Source: Octopus sinensis (Eukaryota). Taken from it: a stretch of DNA of 64,000 nucleotides. The notes under the pieces are model-generated. The model saw only the letters and a list, made by a program, of their open reading frames with translations, did not search any database and was not told the DNA's origin. Below are positions 53,431 through 64,000 of this stretch, piece by piece. Position numbers and translations under genes: made by a program. Location of the stretch: the NCBI RefSeq assembly GCF_006345805.1, contig NC_043013.1, forward strand, positions 47,182,001 through 47,246,000, read 5' to 3'. Position 1 is the first letter of the stretch, and each line of letters starts with the position of its first letter.

Positions 53431-54807
53431 CACGATTATATATAGTAAATCTGTTCTGTATGCGTCCTATCTGAGAGAAAGAGACAGTTTCTAATGTATT
53501 ACAAGATATCACACCGTCTTCAAATGTATTACAAGACGTATGTACTCAACGCAAATGTGAATATATTAGCGACTACCGTTTTTCATAACAGCAATACACT
53601 GGTCACCCAGACAATCATTTCATGAATTTTCTGTCTCACCATAGCTATGTATACGGGGGTTCGTTTGTGGGGGTTGTGCGTGTGCTCGTGCGTGTATCAG
53701 AATTTAAGATTTCATGTGAGCCGTGTGCGATGTAAAATATTATATATTTGTCAAGATACGCACAGTAGCATATAATCTTCAACTTGGTTATCGTGAATTA
53801 TGCTGGGTTTTATGCTTTCATTGCCCAATGAACAGTCCACATGAAACGGTAGAAAAAAATTATATCATCAAAACTAAAACAGTAAATATTCAAACATATC
53901 CTCATAGCAACATCATTTATACTAATGTAGGGTATTCTATAATACCTTTGAACCATCCATAAATGCAAGATCTTGTGTCAGAAACTTTGATATGACACTA
54001 TTCTTATGAATAAAACATTTATTTATTGAATTTTCACACAACTATTATCAAAACAAAAATTATCTAAACTTGTAGATTTATGAGACAGTTGTCTGGAGTA
54101 AAAACTCTTTCTCAAATTAGATTTTGATAAAGAAGTCTCTAGTTTTTCTTCTTTGTCGCTGTTTTGACTAGAATTTCTTCACAAATTTCAAAATGAATTG
54201 CTTTATTTCTATCAATATTTCTAGTCTTTAAGAAATTGAGAAATATCTATATAATCAGTAATTTAAAATACCATTAACTACTTAACTTATTACTACATTG
54301 AATTTAATTAATTCTGTTGATCCTATTAATACCAGAATGTCTGAAATTCAGTGCTGCCAGCTACTAAACACTCATGAATCATGGCACACCTTACTTCCAA
54401 GTTTAAGGTATTTATTTACATCTATGCGGCCAAGCGATACGTTTAATGACCAGGAACTGAGTTTACAGCCATGCGACAATTATACGATCCTTAGAGGAAA
54501 ACACGAAATGTGCCTCCCCATTGGACAAGGAATCTGAACAACCAAACTGTTTGTGAAAACGTTTCCAGGACTTTTAGTGGGGGTTATTTCACACTCTAAA
54601 TGTTCTATGGTTTTATAGTGTTGAATGCTATCCTTCTAGATAAATGTCAGTTCTTAACTTTCTTGTAATTTATCTAGAGTTTTAAATTTTGTGAGCAGCA
54701 TCATAGTTATTTCCTGCTTTGGGCCACATGGTCATTGCTCTTTGCCTTTCAGTGACTTGGTGTTAAAGCAACACGTCATATATTTTTCACTTTCCTACTG
54801 CCTAGAA

Positions 54808-54995
54808 CAGTGCTTTTCAAACGGAACCCCAAGGAAACATTCCACTGGCTCGAGGAACCCCTGTGCAATAATTTATTAGTCTTATGTACACATATCTGCA
54901 CAGGAGAATTAAAAACTGCTGCCAATTTTAGCAGTTTTGTAACTTCTTGCGGAACCCCTGGACTGTACTGGCGGAACCCTGGTTGAAAACCACTG
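54808..54995. mobile_element. hAT (Charlie-like) MITE
   Basis: TIRs CAGTG(C/G)TTTTCAA; 8 bp TSD GCCTAGAA/CCCTAGAA; repeated 'ggaaccc' subterminal motifs. Confidence 0.8.
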
Positions 54996-55419
54996 CCCTA
55001 GAAGCATAATTTTACCGACATGCGACACGATGGTAATGCTCAGTGATGTGGTTTGAGATCATTACAATTACTACACTAACAAAAGTTGAAATCAATACCT
55101 CTTGTATTAGATATTTAAACAGTAACCTAACTATTGGTTTTCTACCTCAAAAATGTCTACATTTCCTTCTCCAACCAATCTGCAGTCTTATGCATTCATA
55201 TCGTGATTCATACAGCATTATGTCGGCAAGAAAGGCGAAGTAAATGCTTCGCTGATGAGATCATAGTACGAGATATTTGCCAGGAGTTGTCTTCCATACT
55301 CGCTGAAAGAATTAAAAATTATTTTATTATTATTGACTAATATTGTTTTCTTTATATTTGTCACTGAACTGTCCTTTTTAGCTCTCGTTTTCTTTTAGCT
55401 TGCTCTGTCTATAGGAAGA

Positions 55420-56400
55420 GACAGTGCCCATAAGCCGATGCAAAGCCCATCAAGACCATGATATCGATTCCGTCTAAATCTTTTCAAGTAAACATCTGCG
55501 GGAAAGATATGAGCAGAAACGGAAACCTAGAGAATCGACGTTTTGGGAAGGATCGACTAAGCGTAGTGAATCGTTCAAAGCCTGGGACTTGGAGACAACA
55601 TTCGTGAAAGGAAAGACGAAAAGTCCTACCAGCACGAAAGACTAGAAAAGGCAGAGAGAGGTTGGAGATTATCCGTAAGTGGCTTTAAACCTCTCAGTAT
55701 TGGAAACCCTTTACTTGATGCGGTCTAGGATGTTAGTGTGATCAGCAATAGCATAGTCTGAAATGTGAAAGCAATACCATATTGGGGCCTCACCAGAATG
55801 TTGTCGAGTATTAATGATGTTGGAGCCTGAAGTGCCCACTGCCTTCAACAGAAAAGCCAGATGTTGCGCTCTGATCCTCGCTATGTGCTTTCCTTAAGAA
55901 ATATCCGCGGTTATAGTGAGACCTAGCCATTAGAGTCATTTGGAGCACTTTGACTGCTGCTCGTGATTGAGGGCGACGTTCGATGATATTTTCTTGATAT
56001 GAGTTTTCTTGCTAATGAAAGAGACTCGAATATCTCTGTTGGATGTTGCTTCCAAGATTTCTGTTCATGTAATCAATATTTGACATGTGATGTTTAAGTT
56101 GTGAGTGGATAATGCTTGGTTAGAGAATGGTAAGAAGAAATGAAAGGTAGGATCTTAAGTATTGGAGTGGGCGCTGTGTGATACGGCAGCAAATAAGTTA
56201 TTTATATATTGAAGGAGGAAAGTTTGCTGGATTTGATGGAATGAGAGACAGAAAGTATCTCCGTCAACGCAAGCGGCAATATAACAATACGAAGCTTACT
56301 GATCTAAGAGATGAGAAGCAGGTGGAGCGCATAGGTAGGAAGATTTGTTAAGAGGTTTACATGCCAGTCACAGCCGAAAGCTTTACTGATATGTGGTGTA
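55420..56400 (-). mobile_element. CR1/Jockey-group LINE RT 3' fragment, pseudogenised
   Basis: Minus strand HISKAFGCDWH (cf. DISKAFDRVWH), LVRPQ..YCFHI (cf. IRPxxEYCSHIW), HTNILDRI. Confidence 0.7.
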
Positions 56401-56594
56401 TTGATTTGTTCTATTAATCAATGTTAGTGCATGCAGGACATTGTTTGGAGACGGATTCTTGGGTTTAAGGACACACTGTTTTCAGTATATTGGAACATCA
56501 CAGAAAGTTAGAAATTCACTAAAATCTGAATAGAATGTTGCCATGAAAAAATTCCCTATGTAATAATGATTTCAAGGACCCCTAAATAACAATA

Positions 56595-56680
56595 GGGAAG
56601 TCGACCTCGCCGGGATTTGAACTCAGAACGTGAAGCATTTTGCTCGGTATGCTAACGATTCTACCAGCTCGCCACCTTAA
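56595..56680 (-). mobile_element. SINE family C 5' fragment
   Basis: 'gtcgacctcg..gatttgaactcagaacg..ccagctcgccacctta'. Confidence 0.7.
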
Positions 56681-58639
56681 GTCCTTATGTAATAATGATA
56701 TATACAAAGAACACTTTTAGACGTTGTAGACAGTTGAGAATAATCTTTGAAATGAATGTTATGAATTGATCTGATAATTCTATGAGTAAAGAAGCATTCT
56801 GTTGACTTCGGATTTTCTCTTCTTAAGAACTATGAATGAGTTTATTAAAATTTATATTAAAAGAGTAAGAAAGCGTTTCAAAATTTAAATACCAACAAAA
56901 CTAAAAGAGGCTAGAATTTCAGGTGCACTCTGACCGCGAAGACATATGGTCAAAGGCATTTCTATATTTTTCATCCAGTTTGTTTAATGTTAAGACGAAC
57001 TACCATATCTCATGTACTCGTCTCTAACTTAAAGGGGTCGTGTGTGAGTTGAAGATTTGGCTGCTATTTCTTGTAAATCAATACACGATGTCAAGGAATT
57101 TTCATTGACTCATCCTAGCTTCCTTTGTTGCTGAGAGACATTGGTTTTAGAAAATGGTTACATTTAGGTTCAACTGCTATATTTTTTCTCCAAAAAGTGT
57201 TCTATACTTCTGAGCAACGTTTCATGGACAACAGGGTTGTAAAAAATTAAATTTTCTTTGACAACAAACAAAGATTCTCTTAAATATTTCTAATGAGCGA
57301 ACGTACATCATTTTGAAAAGATTTTCATTAAATTTCATTACAATATTGCATTATTGGTAAATGTTTATGAGATATATCACAGTTTATAGTTTCCTGATCG
57401 AAAAATACTGAATTCTGAAATACCATACCTCTCCACATTCATCTTTAGACGTATGAGAAAACGGGCGAGCATAAACCGTTTCTGTATTATGGAAATTTCC
57501 TTTAATTGATTGGTTTTAAAAGTAATAATATATTTCCATCAGAATTCTAAATGACATTCCTTAAAGTAATTAAAATCTCTCTTATTTACAGATAATATTT
57601 AGAATTGGAGAGAAAACGGCTGTAAGTTATGAATAATGGTATATTAAACAATCTTAATCATTTCCCAAGTGACCTCCTCCCAAGAAATCAACTATATTTA
57701 CCAATATTGTGACACATTATTAATGTTGTACAAATAAAAAGTAATTTTTCAAAAAGACAGAGTGGAATCGAATTTGCAAGCTCCGTTTGATTTTTGCTGT
57801 GCAAAATACAATTGTACTCCATTGTTGATACATAATAATGCATCAATGAGGATGCCATGGTCTAACCAAACAACACCAATACTGTTTATATGGTTCTTAG
57901 TAATAGGCAGACGTTTGATCGCCATATTGGCTAGCGAAATTTTTTTTCTCTCTTTTACTGTCACGTTATACTCGTTTAAAGAATTGCTTATGTCTTTCGA
58001 AAACTAACCAGTACACATACTCTCAGACCGACTGACTCTTCGTATGTACAGAGAAAACCTGGCCTAGACATTCCCCTCTCTCCCCGTCGGATCTCAAAAG
58101 ATTCGTGTAAACTGAATATTTTCTCAGCTGTCATCTCGCTGGAATAGTTCATCTGATTGAAAATTGTTTAATATTTAATCATTTGCAATCTTTTTTCACT
58201 TTTTTTTTTTTTTCCTGTTTATCAGAATGAGTTGTAGTTTTATTCTGAATAATTCCAAATAATGTAGTTAACAAATAACAATGAAAATATGATATTTTTT
58301 ATGATGAGATAAAGTAAAATAAGGATATGATATCATCAATCTTAAAGTTCAACAGCAAACAAAAGGAAATATAACATTCATGTTTTTCATATACTTTAAA
58401 ATATTTTTTCCAATTTACATCTGACGTTTGTAGAATGCTATCATGCATCTTTCTTTCTTTTTTGCGAATAATAATGTATGCGACAGACTAATAGAAAGAA
58501 ACACATAATGCTATTGTACGAGGAAAATAATGAAAATAAACTAGAAGAAACACTGAATATAAAGTTGTTATCTGTGTAGGTTCGAACCTCCTTCTCCATA
58601 GCTTAAAAAGTTTTTCGTCGAAATTTTAATAAATAATCA

Positions 58640-59272
58640 TTTCTATTAAAGGCACAAGGCCCCGAATTTTGAGGGAAGGGACTAGTCGATTACATTGACC
58701 CCAGTGTTTCAGTGGAACTTAATTTATCCAAATCATAAGGATGGAAGGCATAGTCGACCTCGGCGGAATTTGAACTCAGAACGTAGCGGCAGACGAAATA
58801 CCTATTTCTTTACTACCCACAAGGGGCTAAACACAGAGAGGACAAACAAGGACAGACAAACGGATTATGTCGATTACATCGACCCCAGTGCGTAACTGGT
58901 ATTTAATTTATCGACTCCGAAAGGATGAAAGGCAAAGTCAACCTCTGCGGAATTTGAACTCAGAACGTAACGGCAGACGAAATACGGCTACGCATTTCGC
59001 CCGGCGTGCTAACGTTTCTGCCAGCTTGTCGGCGATAAATATATATTTCTTTATTACCCACAAGGAGCTAAACACAGAGGGAACAAACAAGGACAGACAA
59101 ACGGATTAAGTCAATTACATCAACCCCAGTGTGTAACTGGTACATAATTTATCGACCCCGAAAGGATGAAAGGCAAAGTTGACCTCGGCGGAATTTGAAC
59201 TCAGAACGTAACGGCAGACGAAATACAGGCTACGCATTTCGCCCGGCGTGCTAACGTTTCTGCCAGCTTGTC
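58640..59272 (-). mobile_element. Tandem cluster of SINE family C units
   Basis: Full copies ~59045-59272 and ~58803-59032 plus a body unit with alternative tail at 58640-58802. Confidence 0.85.
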
Positions 59273-59329
59273 GGCAATAAATATAATTAAATTTAAATAG
59301 TCGTTCCCTTATAAAACATTACAAAAGTG

Positions 59330-60575
59330 TGATTTACACACCAGCAATATACTTTATTCAGAACCACTATAACATATAAACAGCGATATAATTTACATAC
59401 CAGCAACCCAGCTAACGTAGCACTTTTATAATTTATTGAACAAAAATTATAATTTACTGGGCAAAATATATAATTTACACTACAACAATAAATTTATAAA
59501 ATGGTAAGCTGACAGAATCGCTAAAACGTAAAATAAACTGCTTTGTGACATTTCCTCGGACTCTTTAAGTCCTGAGTTCAAATCCCACAGAGGTCAACTC
59601 TGCCTTGCAGCCTTTCGGAATTAGTAAAATAAAGTACCGGTCAAGTTCTGAGATCTATGCGATCGATTTGTCCCCTCCCCTAAAATTGTGAACTTTGAGC
59701 AGTGCACGGAAACCGGGTAACCGGCCTTAGGATTGTCAGGACTCAAGATAAAAAATATATATATAATACACGGAAAAAAGAAAAACAGCTAACTTACCAC
59801 AAAGAGAATTTACGCAGTAGCAGTATATGTTTACATGGTACCAAAATAAATTTACACTGAAGAAATATAAGTTACACAGTAGTGTTCAGCCGTAATAAAA
59901 ATTTACACAGCAACGATACAGATTACACGATGTAATCGACTTAATCCGTTTGTCTGTCCTTGCTTGTCCCCTCTGTGTTTAGCCCCTTGTGGGTAGTAAA
60001 GAAATAGGTAGTGAAAATAATACACAAAAATATTATAATAAAGTTAACACGGACACCAGTATAATTTGCACACCAACAATGATATAATTTACACAGTTGT
60101 AACATAATTCACACGGTATTAATATAATTTACGCAGCAATTTACTAATTTATGTTGCAGTAATAAATTTTAAACAGAACTAAGCGGACATACACCAAGCA
60201 ATATAAAATACATGACACCACTATAATTTTCGTGGCAGTAATATAATTTAAGGCTACGGATATAATTTACACAATCGTAACATTATTTATATAGTATCAA
60301 TATAATTTACATAGCAGCGATATATTTTGCACAACAATAAAATTTACACGTCAGTAGTAATATAACATAGACATGACAACACGGTATACGAAACGAAATA
60401 ATTTACACACCAGTGATAGAAACAGTCATACTATTTACACATTCCTAATATAATTTACACAGCAACAATTGTTTTAAGTAACAACGGTGTAATTTATATG
60501 ACAGCCACAAAATTTACACAATACTAATATTCTTTACGAAGCAGGATTATAATTTACGCAGTACAAATATATTTT
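59330..60575 (+). repeat. Degenerate ~20 bp minisatellite (core ATAATTTACAC) interrupted by SINE C fragments at ~59500-59690 and 59929-60010
   Basis: Core recurs dozens of times with short variable spacers. Confidence 0.7.
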
Positions 60576-60597
60576 AGTCACTAGCAAATTGAGTTTC

Positions 60598-61620
60598 TTT
60601 TTTTTTTTTTTCATAAATCATATCTTGTGATGCAATAGGACACATTGTTACTGATAATACCTTGGGTCACAGTATGTTTTGGATCTTTCAATAATTGGAT
60701 ACCGGATTTTTTCGGTTTGAACGGCAGTTTTTTCTAGCGGTGTCATATGAAATTGTCGCCCATAATTATGACCCTACTATGGATCTATTGCATTTCAATC
60801 TGTTTTATGGTTAGGGTTAGTTAGGGTTAGTCAGGGTTAGGGTTAGTTAGGGTTAGGGGTGGGGGAAGGGTATCTTTTTCTTCACAAATGTAAATAAACC
60901 CAATCTGTTTCTTAAACGAGGGACATATTCATACGGCACAGAATGGTTTTTTTTTACCTCAATAGACGTCAGTGGTTGGTTGAAATTTCAGAAATTGAAG
61001 AAAAAAACAACAAATATCTTACAAACTATAGAATTTTCTCAATAAGCCAAGAGAAAAAAGATGTTTGATAAACACATTCTACCAGTATACGAAGTTTAAA
61101 TTTTTTTAGTTATCTAGAAATTATATTAAAAACTGCCGTTCAAACCGAAAAGATCCTTGGATACCTTCACACGCTGACCCAGCCAGTATTAAGCAATCCC
61201 CAAGTTGTATCAATTTGGCTCTATCCCAAGTAGCACTAACCCATCTGGGGCTCAAGCATTTGCTGATCCACAGCCACCTTGAAGCATCCTCTTCTTCCCA
61301 TGTCACTGCCATTCAACCAACAGGTCATTTGAGATGCCCAGTATATTAAAAGCTCTGGAGAGGGAGTGGCCTGCAAACACTCTGTTTCCCACTTCAGTGG
61401 CATCATATGTTATTCGCTTTGCTTTCTTTAGACATAACTGCATGTGCTTAATGTATAGTTTGATCTTTTCTCTTATTCACCTGCTCAATATAATCGTCCA
61501 AGAGAATGTAATGTTCTAATATAATTTGACGACATTTAGCATGAGGGTCAGTGGCAAGTGGTGACACATTTCTACCCTGTCCAATTCAAATACTGAATAA
61601 ACATTGAAGCAACGCAGTTT
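60598..61620 (-). mobile_element. Hero-clade (R2 group) non-LTR retrotransposon 3' fragment with poly(A), interrupted by a MITE; may extend to ~62000
   Basis: Minus strand RQIILE..ITFSW..DYIEQVNKRK, EVGNRVFAGHSLSRAFNILGIS, EEDASRWLWISK; 3' UTR continues across the MITE to the T-tract at 60598-60611. Confidence 0.75.
60704..61156 (+). mobile_element. TTAGGG-containing MITE with expanded repeat tract
   Basis: TIRs; 9 bp TSD TTGGATACC. Confidence 0.92.
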
Positions 61621-63164
61621 TTCTGAAAAAGCATCCGAGACTTTTTCAATACAACTGTTGGATTCTTCAAAAATTGTCTCCTCTCAGTACTTTTTCAAAA
61701 TCTTCCTAGAAAACAACTCACGGGTGACAGAAATCTTACTCTTCCATTTCCATTGGAGGACGGCCCTTCGTAGCATGCATTTTCTAAAAATATCGACCTA
61801 ATGGAAAAGTAACTAAATAAACGACCAGAGGCTCGTCCCCAGCACCCAAATCGTACAGAATAGAAGTCAGTTTAGGAAAGAACGCGCTTTTGATGAAGAA
61901 CCACGAAGGGAATGTAGCAGCCAACATCATGCTCAACTTTAAATACCTTGCATCCACTTTGAACAAAAAAGCAGCTCATTGAAAGAGGTGAGCAAGGCTT
62001 GGCCTAACATCATCTAGTCGTTGATGCTGAACGTCATATGCAAAACATCTCTAGTTTTCTCGTGAATCGCAATTTGTACATGCTCCTGGTGACACATCCA
62101 TATATCTGTATAGTGGTGAAGGCTGGATACCCGCAGATGGCACAGAATGTAAACTCCTGTTGTTCTGGCACATATGTTACAACATACAGATACACATCTT
62201 GCACAAACAGCTTTACAAGTAACGATTTCACAAAATATGCTGATCGCTAACAAAACATTCCTAAGTAGATTGAAACACCAAAGTACTCTCCTGGTTCGAA
62301 CATGTTTAATGAAGCGACTCTCTGTATAAATTCATTTTTCAGAAATTTATGAATGAAAACGAAGAAAACGCAGATAAACAAAAACGGTCTGACAGCATCA
62401 AAGACTGGATCGGTCTCCGAACCACGTTCGTTTAGTATGTGGTGGTGCGTGGTCACAACTATCTACAAATAGGTGAAATGGATGGTGAACGGCCAACAAT
62501 TACAAACAAGATCTTTGAAAGGCTAGGATCTTAACCACAGGTTCTACATACGATTCTGCATTTGTTTGTAGGATATCGGTAGCCCTTAAAATTGTTGAGG
62601 ATATTGAACGTCAGCGTGCCAAATCAATTATTATATACTTTCATTATGAACACTCTCTGTTCCTTCTTCCCTTATTGAATGCAATTAACTTCTTTAAATT
62701 TAATTTTCAGTATTGAAGTGGCCATTGTTTATGTCCACTTTATATCTATGAAAGTATTTTAAATTAAATTTTAATATAATTTATACGGAAAACAGCAAAT
62801 CATTGGATATTAAAACAAAGTAGTTTCAAGCCATAAAAAAATAATGAGTAAATATTTAATTTAAGAGCAAATCAAGGATATAAATAAACGATTAAAATTA
62901 TAAATTATTCTAGTATAACAATAAGAATGTTTACAAATGTTGAAACACAATCATGCTTATATATGTCATTGCAATATACCCACGAAGATACAGTTCATTT
63001 GCTTCAATCTTTCACCGGTATAACACTTCAAGGATTCACAATCATTCTGGCATGCAGGCAAATTATAAGGATTCACAAAATACGTTGCTCAAAGTGTAAT
63101 GGTCAAATATATAGAATAAGCATATATATATATTTGAAGAAGTATTTATTATCTTTTCTACAAT

Positions 63165-63370
63165 AGGATCAACGCCGGAGATTTGAGTGGGGGACAGATG
63201 TAGCCGATTACATCGTCCTCAGTGTTCCACTGGTATTTATTTCATCGACCTTGAAAAGATAAAAGGCGAAGTCGACCTGAACGGAATTGGAACTCAGAAC
63301 GTATATGATCGGCAAAATGTTGCAAAGCATTTTGTCCGTCATGCTAACGATTCTGCCAGCTCGACAACTT
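63165..63370 (-). mobile_element. Diverged SINE family C
   Basis: 'aaaggcgaagtcgacc..gaactcagaacg..gctaacgattctgccagctcg'. Confidence 0.7.
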
Positions 63371-63579
63371 AATGAAGTATTTAATAATACAGAAAGCATT
63401 CGCTAATGAAAGCATTCCATAATTAATTAATTATGCTCATCTCCATTATCATCGAAATTACAACTACCATCATATTTAGTACTAATGACTTATTAGGAAA
63501 TAAGAATTAGGAGTACTAGTATTTGAATTTAAAACTTTTAATGAAGTAAGATATTTGCTTGCCATATTGTTATGTAAGA

Positions 63580-63795
63580 CGGAGGTTGTGAGCTGGTAGG
63601 ATCGTTAGCACGCCGGAGAAAAATACTGAACGGTGTGTCGTCCGTCTTTACGTTCTGGATTCAAATAACGCTGAAGTCAACTCTGCCTTCCATCATTTTC
63701 GGGGCGATAAAATAGGTACCTGTTGAGAACTGGGGTCGAGGCAATCGATTTATACCCTCGCCTGAACTTGCTGGCCTTGTGCCAAAATTTAAACT
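63580..63795 (+). mobile_element. Diverged SINE family C
   Basis: 'gagctggtaggatcgttagcacgccgg..gccttccatc..ctggggtcga'. Confidence 0.7.
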
Positions 63796-63804
63796 AATAG
63801 TATT

Positions 63805-64000
63805 TATGTATTTATTGCCCACAGGGGGCTAAACATAGAGGATACTAACAAGGACAAACAAAGGGTTTAAGTCGATTACATCGACCCCCAGTACGTAACT
63901 GGTAATTATTTAATCGACCCCGATAGAATGAAAAGCAAAGTTGACCTCGGCGGAGCTTGAGCTCAGAGCGTAGCGGCAGACGAAATACCTATTTCTTTAC
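63805..64000 (-). mobile_element. SINE family C tandem unit, runs off window end
   Basis: 'ggggctaaac..gtcgattacatcgacccc..gacgaaatacctatttctttac'. Confidence 0.8.

Noticed and set aside
57749-58007. Overlapping 71-81 aa ORFs in unique sequence
   Set aside because: No recognisable motif or convincing splice sites
59330-60575. CRISPR-like repeat/spacer appearance
   Set aside because: Eukaryotic context, short degenerate core, ~10 nt spacers, no cas genes
60785-60870. Telomere or chromosome-fusion relic
   Set aside because: TTAGGG tracts are short and always inside the MITE
62330-62580. Short plus-strand peptides vaguely like an integrase (IFERLGS*PQVLHT..SAFVCR)
   Set aside because: Too short and frameshifted to support a call

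Overview
AT-rich, repeat-dense eukaryotic DNA, probably intronic or intergenic. The SINE families and the very heavy (TA)n/(CA)n/(GA)n/(TAA)n load look like Octopus (my recollection of octopus repeats, not a database result). I recognise no intact host protein-coding gene, and almost all track ORFs are microsatellite or SINE artefacts. Identifiable content: three tRNA-derived SINE families (called A, B, C here) plus fragments of an older repeat; five copies of a ~420 bp MITE with GGATC-initiated TIRs, 8-9 bp TSDs and internal TTAGGG repeats; small mariner/Tc1 and hAT MITEs; a probable non-autonomous Helitron; and decayed non-LTR retrotransposon fragments (R4/Dong, RTE, CR1/Jockey-like, Hero, L1/Tx1-like ORF1, Penelope). 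The most interesting signal is a set of minimal type I hammerhead ribozyme motifs in three unrelated sequence contexts. The clearest is a young, apparently non-coding element at 45112-46482 with two tandem copies (559 nt period) plus one inverted copy, each with a hammerhead whose stem III is palindromic. That architecture matches a Penelope-like pLTR array or a retrozyme. Coordinates were read by eye, and repeat boundaries may be off by a few bases.
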